A DNA stretch of 64,000 bases from Candidatus Polarisedimenticolia bacterium (GTDB lineage: Bacteria > Acidobacteriota > Polarisedimenticolia > JACPZX01 > DASXTC01): positions 17,303-81,302 of the forward strand of contig JBOGOC010000110.1 in assembly GCA_050747525.1 (NCBI GenBank), in the 5' to 3' direction. Positions 9,194 through 18,869 of this stretch are shown piece by piece; the stretch's first letter is position 1; every line of letters starts with the position of its first letter. The notes under the pieces are model-generated. The model did no database searches. It was not told where the DNA came from and saw only the letters and a program-made list of their open reading frames with translations. A program made the translations under genes and the position numbers.

Positions 9194-9241
9194 CTCTCCT
9201 GTTCGTCGGGCCTAGGTCCGGTGTTATCCACCTTCGAATGG
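9190..9241 (+). promoter_or_regulatory. Conserved promoter-like motif, copy 2, upstream of the giant subtilase gene
   Basis: cccctctcctgttcgtcgggcctaggtccggtgttatccaccttcgaatgga. The spacing between TGTTCG and TTATCC is 18 nt, as in the other copies. It lies ~50 nt upstream of ATG 9286. Confidence 0.5.
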
Positions 9242-9285
9242 ACCTCTCGAAAGCACAGGCGACGGCCTCAACCGAGGAGCACGAG

Positions 9286-12200
9286 ATGCATGCGTTCCGA
9301 GCTGCAAGGGTGGTGAAAAGGCTGTTCTGGTCTGGCATCGCCTTTTCTATTGTCATCTCCATCACCTCGTGGACCAGCCCGGCACCTGGACGCGACGGCT
9401 CCGAGCGCCGGCCGCTCCCCACCGCGGGCGCCGACACCGAACATCCGGATGACGCTCTGACGGCCGAGGTGCGGTTCCTCGAGAAGGGCAGACGACAGCT
9501 CTACCCGCGCCCCGAGCCGACCTGGTGGCCGGTCAGCAACGCGGGGGGATTGAAGCCCTACGGTCACGTCCCCGCGAGCGACCTCGACTCCCCCTACACG
9601 CTGATCCTCCCCAACGGGAAGGGCTCCATTGACACACGGAAGCGGAGCTACCGCCACGATCTGCCGGCTGTCCTGCGTGGCGGCTCAGGGAAAGGCCACC
9701 GGCCGGGGCGCGGTCTCTACTACCTCGTCCAGTTCAGGCCGGAAGCGGCCGCCGGCAAGGTCTCCCTCAGCCTCCATGAGGACCTGAGGCGTCTGGGCGC
9801 CGAACCGATCGAGTACGTTCCGCACAACGGGTGGCTGGTGCGCATGGCAGGCGAGCAGGAGGCGGCGGGACTGGGGAAGGCGGGCATCTTCCAGTTCGTG
9901 AGTCCCTTCGAGCCGGCCGACAAGATCCACCCAGACACCGGACGCAAACCTCTTTTGAATCCGGAGCGTGCCAGCTCCGATCTCTTCGAAGTCATCGTCC
10001 GCGTGATGCCCGCCGAGGATGCGGAGGAAGTGGCCGCCACCGTGCGACGCGCGGGTGGTGAGGTCCTGCGGCTCGACCGCGACCCGCGCGGGAACACACT
10101 CATCTCGGCACGGCTGCGCAACAGCAGGCTGCTGGAGCTACTGGCGGACCCAGGTGTGATGGGACTCTGGGAATCGCCGGAGTACGTGCAGTTGGATCTG
10201 GCGCCGGCGGCCCAGATGGAGGTCGGTCGCATCCTGGATCCGCGCGATTTCGGCGACTTCATCCTGCCGTTCCGGCAGGCCGGCATCGATGGCGGCGGCA
10301 CCTATATCGGTCCCCCGGTCGACTTCACCATGCCCGGCGTCCCGGGAGCGCCGATCCCCTTCAGCTCGGCACTGGGCTTCTACGCAGGTCCGCCGCAGTT
10401 TCTCGGGGTGGCGGACAATGGCCTGACGCTGGACAGCCCGGCCTTCGCCCATGACAACTCGAACCCATGCCTCGCCCCGGGGGCCTGCGTCGACGGCGGG
10501 GGGTTCGCGGGCCTCGCAAATGTTGGGGTGTTTCATCGGAGAATCGAGGCTTACACCGAGGGTGACGACTTCGACCCGGGGGCCTCCGGCGACTTCCTCA
10601 CATGCGACGCGATCGGGTCGGGGGGGCGCACGCACGGAACCATTGTGACCGCCGCGGCTGCGGGCAACCCGAGCGGAGGCCTGTTCGGCCTGGGCCGATT
10701 CTACGATGACGTGGACGCGATCGGGCAGCACAGGGTCTTCTTCAACGACTCGCGCGAGACGGACCTGCCACTGGACGGACAGGCCCGCGGGGCGAGAGTC
10801 ATTTTCCAGGACATCGCGGTGACGCCGCCGGCTTCGCCACCGGCTTGTGCCGCGAACTTCCAGTCCGACGTGGACGCGGGTGCCCTTCCTTCCGATCGGC
10901 TCGAGGACATGGCGTACCGCTGCGACCTCTTCGGACCAGGATGCCCCGGCCCGCTCGACCCCCGGGGTGCGAAGGTGACGCTGTTCGCCTTCGGCAATCC
11001 GGTCAACTTCGACGATGCCGCCGGCAACGGCAACGGCGTCTATGGCGTGGGGGCCGACACGGTGGACGCGTTCCTCTTCCTGAACCGCAGGATTACGCAC
11101 GTCCAGGCCGTGGGCAACGACGGCGCCGATCCGGATGACGGCTCCGATATCGACCCGTTCGTCCCGGCGCTGGCCCCCGGAAGCATCCAGATCAACAGCC
11201 TGGCCACGGGGAAGAACGTGGTGACCGTGGGGGCCAACCACACCGACAGCATCGATCCGCTCGGCATGGGATTCGGCGCGGACCCATCCGAGTTCATCGC
11301 CAACTTCAGCAGCAAGGGGCCGGCGACCTTCGCCTCCGGACGCGGCGCCCCGCTGGTGGTGGCGCCTGGCTTCGACGTGGGCCAGGGGCTCAAAGGGCGG
11401 CGCTCCGACGACTACTTCATCTCTGCGGCGACGGTCCTGTCGCGCGACAACGGCAACGACATGCTCGGGGCGGACGAGGTGGAGAACTTCGTCGTCGAAG
11501 GGGCCGCGGGGACCTCGATCTCCGCGGGCCGCGTGGCTGGAGCGGCGCTGCTGATCCGCGACTACTTCGCCAAGGGGTTCTACCCGACCGGCGCGGCCAC
11601 TGCAGCGGACATAGTCCCCGACATCTCCGGGATGCTGGTGAAGGCGGTGCTGGTCAACAGCACCGATTTCTCCTCGCGCGGCCCTCTGATCGAGTCGTGC
11701 GAAGGACGCGGGCCGCTGATGTGTCCATCGGAGCAGGGCTACGGCAAGGTCGAGCTGGCCAATACCCTTCCGTTGCAGAACTACCGCGCGGAGCGGCGGC
11801 CCCCCTCGCCGACGAACGTGGCTCCGGTCACCAACGTCCCGCAGGCGCTGCTGGTCGCCGACGAGTATTTCGACGGCGGGATGCGCGGCACAGGGCCCGG
11901 CGGCAGCACGACCGGCATCGCCGTGGTTCCGGTCGGGGGGTCGGTGTCGTTCGACTTCTTCCGGCGCCACGGCAACGACCAGCTCAGAGTGAGCCTGGCC
12001 TGGTATGACGCCGTCGGAGAGCTGCTCGCGAACGACCTCAACCTGGAGGTCACCAGCGGCGACTACCAGACCTCGCTCGGGGGGGCTGGCATCTGCGGAC
12101 CGGTGGGCGGTGGCATACCCGCCGTCTGCGGCGATTGCACGATTGCCGCCAACTACCCGGGGGAGGCGCTCTATTTCGACCCCACGGGGGTGAACCCCTA

Positions 12201-15200
12201 CGTACAGATATTCCGAGGCAACCAGTTCCGCGCCTTTGACGGGCAGTTCTCCTATCGGGTCGAGTGCGACGCGGCCGGAGCGCCGGAACCACCGGCCGTC
12301 GCTCCCCAGAACGCCTTCGACGACACCAACCCCACCGAGTCGGTGATGCTGCACTACCTGGGGGATCCATTGGCCTTCGGGCAAACCAGAAGCGGGGGCG
12401 ACCACGGCCCCTATCGAGTCCGGGTGAGCTTCCCGGCCACGCCGGCATCGACACCCGTCCCTGATGCTCCCGTGATCCATCCGGGCCCCGATGGAGATCT
12501 GGACGCCGTTCCCGTCGCGGACGACACGATGCTGGCGTTCTCCGACGGGACCCCCTACATCGGAGCCGGGCCTGACGGGATCGCCGACACGGCGCCCGTT
12601 GCCGACGACATCGCGCTGATCCCGCTGGGAAGCTTCGGGCAGCCGTTCGCCCTGGTGGCCGCCGGGCCCGTCCTGGCCAACACGCCGACGGACCCTCGTG
12701 GCACCGCCCGGGTGAGCAGCGTGGTCGCTTTCAACAAGGATGTATTCGACTGCTCCGACGAATTGACCTTGCGCGTGGCCGACTGGAGCCTGCCGGTTCC
12801 GCCGGCGTCGAGCATCGGCGCGAACACCCTCGTGAACGTGCTCGATTCCACGGGAGCGATCGTGGACACCGAGGCGGGATTCACCTTCACCGTCGATCCC
12901 GGCTCCTCGGCGCTCCGAGTCTCGCGAGCCATGCACTACAACTCGTCGTCCCTCGACCTCGGAACTCCGGTGGTCGGCGGGCCCGTCCCCTTCAACAGCC
13001 TCCTGGAGGTCATGGAAGGCTGGACGCTCCAGGCCGTATACGACGATCCCACCCCCGTGGTGATGGTTGGGGGGAGGCCGATTCCTCTTGACGCCGTCAC
13101 CACCGCGCGGGTGAGGTGCCGGCCCTTCCTGGGCCCCACGCTCCTGACGCTGGAGGACGAGAACGCACGCCGCACCGTCATCTCGGGAGGGTGCGACGAG
13201 GGACGCGTCCGGCAGGCTCCCGGCGACCTCTTCCTGGACGCGGACGAGTCGGTGGTGTACCAGGTCGGCTTCGCGAACCACGGCCACGAGGCGCTCGAGG
13301 ACCTGCGCGCCACGCTCACCTGCGCGGATCCATTGCCCGGATTCCCGAACCCCTGCGCCTTCGTCACGATCGTGCGGGCGAACGCGGTTCTCGGGACGAT
13401 CCCTCCGGGCTCCGAGGGGGTCGCAGCCTGGACGCTCAAGATCGCTCCCACCGTCGTAACGCTCTTGGGGGGCCCGCCGGCGGATCTGGCCGTGGACCTC
13501 ACGGTGACCTTCTCGGCTCCAGAGCTCGCGGGCGTTGCCTTCACATTCCGCGAGGGGCTCCAGGCCGACATGGAGGTTCTGCGGTACAACACGGACTTCC
13601 CCGGCGGCGGCACTCGTGCCGCGGACTACGACAGGAACGGCGTGATCGCGACTCTGCCGCCCGGATCGGGGGCGCGCAACCGCGAACTGATGGAGTTCGA
13701 GCCCCTTGTCTTCGCCGGCAGTCCCAACGCGGGTCTGGCCGGCCTCATTCCCTGGCGCTTCGACTCCAACGCCGGTGGGTTCACCGCATTCCGTACAGGA
13801 ACCAGCAAGCCGGGGTTCCCTCAGAACGCCCTGGCCTGGTTCTACGGCACGGCAGGTGGCTGCGGCTGGCAGACCCAGAACAACGGAATCGTCGGTCTCA
13901 GCACCACTCTGCCCAAAGGCGTGTGGCACGCCGGCCACGGACCGGTCGGTACCTTCAGGGCGGCGGGCGCCTGTCCCGCCTATACCAATCCCAGCGATCC
14001 CCTGACCCGTCCCTTCACCGAGTTCATCCACGATGTCCTCCGATCTCCCGTCCTCTTCAAGATGAACCCCGGCACCGACGCCCGCGGCATGCCCCTCGAT
14101 CTGAGGATCGAGGCGATCGGATGGAATGAGAATCAGCATTTCGGAGATTCATCCACCGTCGCCTCGCTCGCCGTCGACACCAACATCATGGATGATGGCC
14201 CGGTGGTTCTGGGAGATCCCTATGCAGAGAACATCCCCTTCGTCACGAGCGGACCAAGGCTCAATGCGGCCCACTCCCAGCGAACCTTCGGGCCCCTGCG
14301 CGACAGCGACAACTCTCTCCCCGGAAAGGGCGGTGCGAACGGAGACGAGGTGGGCGTCGCGGAGCCGCTCGTACAAGGGAGCGAGTTCAACTTCATCGAG
14401 CGCAGGCTGCTTGCCTATCCAGCGGTAGACGCGGATGCAAACATTCGTGGCTTCCAGAGCAGAACGGCGGTTGACGGGGTCGGCCACAGCACGCCCTGGG
14501 GGCCGGTCCGCAACCGCGACTCCAACGCCAGCGGGAGCGAGATCGTCGATTTCGGCGGCAGCTTCGAGGACTTCTACGGCGCCTCGGGGGATGCCTTCCA
14601 GTTCGAGTTCGGGTGGACGCTGTTCGAGGGTGGGGTAGGAGCCCGGGGATGGACCATCGACGATCCCTACATCGAGTGGTCCGAGCAGCATGCGGTCGAC
14701 CAGGCGCCGGGGAGCGTCAACGACTGCTCGGAGATCCCGTTTCGACCCGGCTCCGACCCGGCCTCCAGCCAGTGCGCCGTCGTCTCCTTTGAGAGGCTGA
14801 CCCTTCACGAGTGCACGGAAGGAGTCATCGTGACGGTCATTGATGGGACGACCGCCTCGACGGTGGGAACCATGGGATGCCCGATCGGGCAGGTGCCGGT
14901 CCTGCTTCGCAGCGCCGGCGAGCCGGCCGGGGAGATCTTCTGCCTAGCCCCGCGGGGAGGCGGCAACTTCAACAATACCGTCTCGCTGAGCGGTCTGTCC
15001 GATCAACCCGGATTCCTCTTCGTCAATCCGGCCGACGGCCAGAACGCGAGCATCGAGGCAATCTACCGGGATCCCGAGTGTGACCGGGACCATGACGGCG
15101 TTCTCGGTGAGAACGATCCCGTCGATGTCGACGGCGACGGTGTACCCAACTTCGGCGCCGATGGAGTCTTCGGCGACTCCGATCCCGCGGCGCTGCTGGC

Positions 15201-18200
15201 CGGAGGAGAGGGAGCCTCTGACGACGACAACTGCTTCGACCCGGTCAAGCTGATCGATATCTTCAACCCGCCGGGCGTGCCGCAGATGGATCTGGCTCCG
15301 CCCGTGGGGATCACGCCGGCCGACTGCGTCCCGTCGCCCACTAATGGCCAGTGCGACTTCGATGACGACGGCAGGGGCGATCTGTGCGACAACTGCCCAT
15401 CCACGCCCAACCACAAGCAGCTCGACACGGACGGCGACGGCGTCGGGGACTCCTGCGAAGTGAGCGACATCGACGTGGACGGCGTTGTCAACGACATCGA
15501 CAACTGTCCGACCGTGCCGAATCCGGCCCAGGCACCCGGCGCGGGCGGAAGGGGCGCCGTCTGCGATGCCGCTGCGGACATGGACAGCGACGGGGTCGCC
15601 GAGGTGACCGACAACTGTCCGAACGAGGGAGCTTTTCCCATCTCGACCACCTACAACCCGGCGCAGGAGGATCACGACGGGGACGGAGTCGGCGACCGGT
15701 GCGATTCCGACGATTTCGACGGGGACGGCGCGATGAACTCCGCCGACTCCTGCCCGACGGTGTTCAACGTGGTCGATCCGGCCCTCAGGACGCAGGCCGA
15801 CTCGGACCGCGACGGGCGGGGCGACGACCGCGGTGGCATCGATGCGACCGCCGGTCCCGCGAACTACTGCGATCCTGACCAGGACGACGACGACGGCAGT
15901 GGCGCTCCGGATGACCTGGTGGGGTTCTCCGCGTCGGTGCGGTGCAACTTCAACCAGTTCGGCATCAACAACGCGGCCGGACCCCAGGCGGCCGTGGGCT
16001 CTCTGGTGCTGGAGGGGTTCACCATCACCGACGATGGGGCAGCCGATGGAGGGGTCCCCGACGGAATCGCCGATCCCGGCGAGCTGGTCTCGGTGACTCT
16101 CACGCTCCGCAACGCCTCGCTGGATCGCGGGACGGGACTCCCGCGTCCTCTGACCAATCTGATGGTCGGGATCAAGCCTCTGACTCCTTCGATCTCGAGC
16201 GTGCCGCTGTCCGAGGTCTCCATCGGGTTGCTTGCGGGTATGGGCACCGTCACGACGCCCCCCGGCGGCCTCAGCTTCATCGTCAATCCGGCACTCCCGG
16301 GACCCGGCCAGTCGGTGCCGGGCCATCCCGCCCAGGCGGAGTTCCTGGTGACGGCGCAGGCAAAGGAGATGACGGGGATCGCCCCGGAGCAGAAGTTCCG
16401 CATCTTCGTCGATCTGGACGTGGCCCACGCGGGGCTCGCCCCCGCGGCGTGTCCCGGCATCCCGGCGATGGCGGGTCCCGGGGTTCTCTGTGAGAACTTC
16501 GACACCGATCTCAACGGAAGCCTGGCACTCGATCCCTGGACCCGCTTGCCGATCGGTCTCGATGCCGCCGATCCTCAGAACAGAGCGTTGCAGGATCCCG
16601 CGGACGACATCATCGGATACGCACAGGGAACCGGGTCAGGCTCCGCCTTCAACACGAATGCGAGGCTCTGCTCCTCGGACAAGGCCGCCGGCGCGCCCGC
16701 GACCTGTCAGGCGGTCGCGGAGGAGAACGACTGGCACCTGCATTCGCCCGTGAACGGTCCTGGCGCCGGATATGCGCCGGGGGCTCCCCCCGCGATCGGC
16801 GCGCCCGACGGGGGCAAGGCGCACAGCGGCGTGCAGTCGCTTCACTTCGGCCGGCACCTCGACCCCGCGTCGACGCTGTCCGACACGACGCGATACCGGC
16901 AGGCGGCCGCCTATGTCCTGGACATGGATCCCCCCCTGGTCCCCGGTCCGGCCAGCAGGCTGGAGTTCTGGCACATCATCCAGATGCCTGACGACGACTC
17001 GATCGGCGCGGAAGCGGGGACCTCGCTGGGAGGCGGCCAGGTCCAGGTCAGTGTGAAGGAGGGCCCCGCCGGCCTGTTCGGCAAGTGGCGAACGCTGACT
17101 CCTCTGTGCAACGGCTACAACTCGCTGGTGCAGGGGACCTACGCCGTTTGCCAGTTCGATCCGGGCGACGACGGCTCGCTCGACATGGACGAGACGATGT
17201 GCAACGGTCAGCCGGTGTGGTCCGATATCGGCGACGTGCAGGCCACGGCATCGGTGTGCGGAGGCGACAGCGACGGCAACGGTCAGGACGATTGCGGGGA
17301 GATCGCGAGCACTGTATGTCCCGCCCTGCCGGGCGGAGTTCCGGACACAGTCTCTCTCGGCTCGACAGGCACCGGCGTGTGGGCACGCTCCCAGGTCGAT
17401 CTGTCGCCATTCGCAGGTCGAGAAGTGCGGCTGCGCTGGATCGCCACGACAGCGGGCGGGTGGGACTTCGGCAGGGACCGCTCCGCGCTGGAACCTGAAA
17501 CCGGCCCGGCCAGCCAGTACTATGAAGCAGACGACGGCTGGTGGATCGACAATATCGTCCTGACGGGCCTCCTGGTGGCGCCCTCGGCCTTCGCTCCTGA
17601 CCCGGCAGCCGGTCCGTTTGCGCTGACCGGCCCGCAGTCCGGTGAACCGGACTTTCTGGTTGGCTCAGCGGCCGGCCTGGCGCCACAGGATCCGGCCAAT
17701 TGCGGCGTCGTCACGCTGAACCTGGCGAACTCGATCCCCTATGGCAGCAACCGGCTCTTGAGCAGCGAGGGGCCGGGACGCCACATCCAGCTCGATGCGT
17801 TCCAGTCCGCCGCCGGCGATGACCCGAACACGCAGGCCGTCGAGGGCCGGTGTGAGCGAGGATTGCTGGAGTTCCAGTTCAGCCAGCTCGGCCCGACCGG
17901 CTCGGTGGTCGAGGTCATCAAGGAGTTCTCGCCGGCGCGCGTCGCGAACGTGCGGCCCGCGGCAGACACGATGTACCGCCTGGCCGGGCGCTGCTCCTCG
18001 GATCTCGCCTGCGCGGCCAGCCAGGACGTCCTCGTCAAGCTGTACACGGGAGACGGATCGGACCTGAACCCTGCGCCCGGTGAGTTCGGCCTCGAGGTCA
18101 CGGGCGGGGCCACGGCTACCCTGCAGTGGCCCTCGCGGCCTCAACCTGCGGGGATCTCCGGCTACGATGTCTTCCGGTACGCCAGCGGCACCAACACCGG

Positions 18201-18441
18201 CGTGGATGTGTTCTCCGGCGGGACTTTCGACGGCGCCTGCGTGGCCAGCGCGGTGCCCAACGTGGCTCTGCCTGGTATGGTGACGTGGACGGATGCCACC
18301 GTTCCGCCTGTCGGCACGGCCTTCATGTACCAGGTGGGCCATTCGTCATTGGTCACTGTCGCGATTGCGCCTCTGGGTGTGGGCCAGGTCGGAGACTTCC
18401 GGGCCGGCCAACTGAAGAGGGCTGGAGTGACCTGTCCGTAA
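9286..18441 (+). CDS. Giant (~3050 aa) secreted S8 subtilisin-like serine protease with long extensions and TSP3-type calcium-binding repeats
   Basis: ATG 9286 follows GAGGAG. Signal/TM segment MHAFRAARVVKRLFWSGIAFSIVISITSWTSPAPG. Subtilase His motif HGTIVTAAAAGN and Ser motif GTSISAGRVAGAALL. TSP3 repeats CDNCPSTPNHKQLDTDGDGVGDSCE, DNCPTVPNPAQ, DHDGDGVGDRCDSDDFDGDG around 15360-15800. The ORF track starts the open frame at 9073, but that region overlaps the tmRNA-like gene, and the RBS and signal peptide support 9286. Confidence 0.8.
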   Translation: MHAFRAARVVKRLFWSGIAFSIVISITSWTSPAPGRDGSERRPLPTAGADTEHPDDALTAEVRFLEKGRRQLYPRPEPTWWPVSNAGGLKPYGHVPASDLDSPYTLILPNGKGSIDTRKRSYRHDLPAVLRGGSGKGHRPGRGLYYLVQFRPEAAAGKVSLSLHEDLRRLGAEPIEYVPHNGWLVRMAGEQEAAGLGKAGIFQFVSPFEPADKIHPDTGRKPLLNPERASSDLFEVIVRVMPAEDAEEVAATVRRAGGEVLRLDRDPRGNTLISARLRNSRLLELLADPGVMGLWESPEYVQLDLAPAAQMEVGRILDPRDFGDFILPFRQAGIDGGGTYIGPPVDFTMPGVPGAPIPFSSALGFYAGPPQFLGVADNGLTLDSPAFAHDNSNPCLAPGACVDGGGFAGLANVGVFHRRIEAYTEGDDFDPGASGDFLTCDAIGSGGRTHGTIVTAAAAGNPSGGLFGLGRFYDDVDAIGQHRVFFNDSRETDLPLDGQARGARVIFQDIAVTPPASPPACAANFQSDVDAGALPSDRLEDMAYRCDLFGPGCPGPLDPRGAKVTLFAFGNPVNFDDAAGNGNGVYGVGADTVDAFLFLNRRITHVQAVGNDGADPDDGSDIDPFVPALAPGSIQINSLATGKNVVTVGANHTDSIDPLGMGFGADPSEFIANFSSKGPATFASGRGAPLVVAPGFDVGQGLKGRRSDDYFISAATVLSRDNGNDMLGADEVENFVVEGAAGTSISAGRVAGAALLIRDYFAKGFYPTGAATAADIVPDISGMLVKAVLVNSTDFSSRGPLIESCEGRGPLMCPSEQGYGKVELANTLPLQNYRAERRPPSPTNVAPVTNVPQALLVADEYFDGGMRGTGPGGSTTGIAVVPVGGSVSFDFFRRHGNDQLRVSLAWYDAVGELLANDLNLEVTSGDYQTSLGGAGICGPVGGGIPAVCGDCTIAANYPGEALYFDPTGVNPYVQIFRGNQFRAFDGQFSYRVECDAAGAPEPPAVAPQNAFDDTNPTESVMLHYLGDPLAFGQTRSGGDHGPYRVRVSFPATPASTPVPDAPVIHPGPDGDLDAVPVADDTMLAFSDGTPYIGAGPDGIADTAPVADDIALIPLGSFGQPFALVAAGPVLANTPTDPRGTARVSSVVAFNKDVFDCSDELTLRVADWSLPVPPASSIGANTLVNVLDSTGAIVDTEAGFTFTVDPGSSALRVSRAMHYNSSSLDLGTPVVGGPVPFNSLLEVMEGWTLQAVYDDPTPVVMVGGRPIPLDAVTTARVRCRPFLGPTLLTLEDENARRTVISGGCDEGRVRQAPGDLFLDADESVVYQVGFANHGHEALEDLRATLTCADPLPGFPNPCAFVTIVRANAVLGTIPPGSEGVAAWTLKIAPTVVTLLGGPPADLAVDLTVTFSAPELAGVAFTFREGLQADMEVLRYNTDFPGGGTRAADYDRNGVIATLPPGSGARNRELMEFEPLVFAGSPNAGLAGLIPWRFDSNAGGFTAFRTGTSKPGFPQNALAWFYGTAGGCGWQTQNNGIVGLSTTLPKGVWHAGHGPVGTFRAAGACPAYTNPSDPLTRPFTEFIHDVLRSPVLFKMNPGTDARGMPLDLRIEAIGWNENQHFGDSSTVASLAVDTNIMDDGPVVLGDPYAENIPFVTSGPRLNAAHSQRTFGPLRDSDNSLPGKGGANGDEVGVAEPLVQGSEFNFIERRLLAYPAVDADANIRGFQSRTAVDGVGHSTPWGPVRNRDSNASGSEIVDFGGSFEDFYGASGDAFQFEFGWTLFEGGVGARGWTIDDPYIEWSEQHAVDQAPGSVNDCSEIPFRPGSDPASSQCAVVSFERLTLHECTEGVIVTVIDGTTASTVGTMGCPIGQVPVLLRSAGEPAGEIFCLAPRGGGNFNNTVSLSGLSDQPGFLFVNPADGQNASIEAIYRDPECDRDHDGVLGENDPVDVDGDGVPNFGADGVFGDSDPAALLAGGEGASDDDNCFDPVKLIDIFNPPGVPQMDLAPPVGITPADCVPSPTNGQCDFDDDGRGDLCDNCPSTPNHKQLDTDGDGVGDSCEVSDIDVDGVVNDIDNCPTVPNPAQAPGAGGRGAVCDAAADMDSDGVAEVTDNCPNEGAFPISTTYNPAQEDHDGDGVGDRCDSDDFDGDGAMNSADSCPTVFNVVDPALRTQADSDRDGRGDDRGGIDATAGPANYCDPDQDDDDGSGAPDDLVGFSASVRCNFNQFGINNAAGPQAAVGSLVLEGFTITDDGAADGGVPDGIADPGELVSVTLTLRNASLDRGTGLPRPLTNLMVGIKPLTPSISSVPLSEVSIGLLAGMGTVTTPPGGLSFIVNPALPGPGQSVPGHPAQAEFLVTAQAKEMTGIAPEQKFRIFVDLDVAHAGLAPAACPGIPAMAGPGVLCENFDTDLNGSLALDPWTRLPIGLDAADPQNRALQDPADDIIGYAQGTGSGSAFNTNARLCSSDKAAGAPATCQAVAEENDWHLHSPVNGPGAGYAPGAPPAIGAPDGGKAHSGVQSLHFGRHLDPASTLSDTTRYRQAAAYVLDMDPPLVPGPASRLEFWHIIQMPDDDSIGAEAGTSLGGGQVQVSVKEGPAGLFGKWRTLTPLCNGYNSLVQGTYAVCQFDPGDDGSLDMDETMCNGQPVWSDIGDVQATASVCGGDSDGNGQDDCGEIASTVCPALPGGVPDTVSLGSTGTGVWARSQVDLSPFAGREVRLRWIATTAGGWDFGRDRSALEPETGPASQYYEADDGWWIDNIVLTGLLVAPSAFAPDPAAGPFALTGPQSGEPDFLVGSAAGLAPQDPANCGVVTLNLANSIPYGSNRLLSSEGPGRHIQLDAFQSAAGDDPNTQAVEGRCERGLLEFQFSQLGPTGSVVEVIKEFSPARVANVRPAADTMYRLAGRCSSDLACAASQDVLVKLYTGDGSDLNPAPGEFGLEVTGGATATLQWPSRPQPAGISGYDVFRYASGTNTGVDVFSGGTFDGACVASAVPNVALPGMVTWTDATVPPVGTAFMYQVGHSSLVTVAIAPLGVGQVGDFRAGQLKRAGVTCP

Positions 18442-18543
18442 CGGCACGCATCTCCTCAATGCAGGACGCGCTTGAAGAGCGCGGCTTAAGGAGTTCGGTC
18501 TATTGGACGAGGAGCACACGAGATTCTGGCGATAGGTGATGCG

Positions 18544-18685
18544 CTGTGACGGTTCTGTGACGGAACGCCCGCCTAAGCCACCCAACTCCGGCCTAAACCG
18601 CCTCACCTAAGTCGTTGCTCTACTTGACCGGCTCGTCTGGCGTGGTGTCCGGCTTCGCGTTCGATTCCCACACGCTTCCGCCAGG
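18544..18685 (+). repeat. Dispersed ~160-bp repeat element, copy A
   Basis: ctgtgacggttctgtgacggaacgcc...cccaactccggcctaaac...cctaagtcgttgctctacttgaccggctcgtctggcgtggtgtccgg...cgttcgattcccacacgcttccgccagg shares 85-90% identity with the copies at 21340, 28537 and 46386. Confidence 0.75.
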
Positions 18686-18869
18686 ATCGCCCGTCGTAGG
18701 AACAGGGTGTTTCGTATGCTGGTCATGCGGGGAATCTGGGCGGGCCGGACGTCAACGGCGGCGCGCCCGAGCGAAGATCGTGTGACCGATCGGCAGCCGG
18801 CCCAGTAGCGTGTCGTCAGCGCCGGAAGCGGACCCTGTTCACGGAGCCGGGACCCCCTGGCGGCCGCCG

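Noticed and set aside
9073-9285. The upstream extension of the giant subtilase ORF (the track starts it at 9073)
   Set aside because: This segment overlaps the tmRNA-like gene and the conserved promoter motif. The ATG at 9286 has a GAGGAG RBS and is followed immediately by a signal peptide.
10138-14139. A 1333-aa ORF on the minus strand, plus many other 60-900-aa ORFs antisense to the large genes (e.g. 2712..4997, 2987..4312, 33183..34967, 35259..36731, 37237..39900, 41152..43152, 61054..62643, 62731..63942)
   Set aside because: They lie wholly inside strongly supported long sense ORFs that carry recognisable catalytic and repeat motifs. Their translations are Arg/Gly/Pro-rich and low-complexity, as expected from the reverse frames of high-GC coding DNA. 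They have no RBS or start context.
18600-18690. Reading the dispersed repeat's ...cgttcgattcccacacgcttccgcca segment as a genuine tRNA gene or tRNA 3' att site
   Set aside because: No 7-bp acceptor and 5-bp T-stem pairing can be drawn on either strand. The upstream sequence lacks D and anticodon arms. The same sequence occurs four times in non-tRNA contexts.
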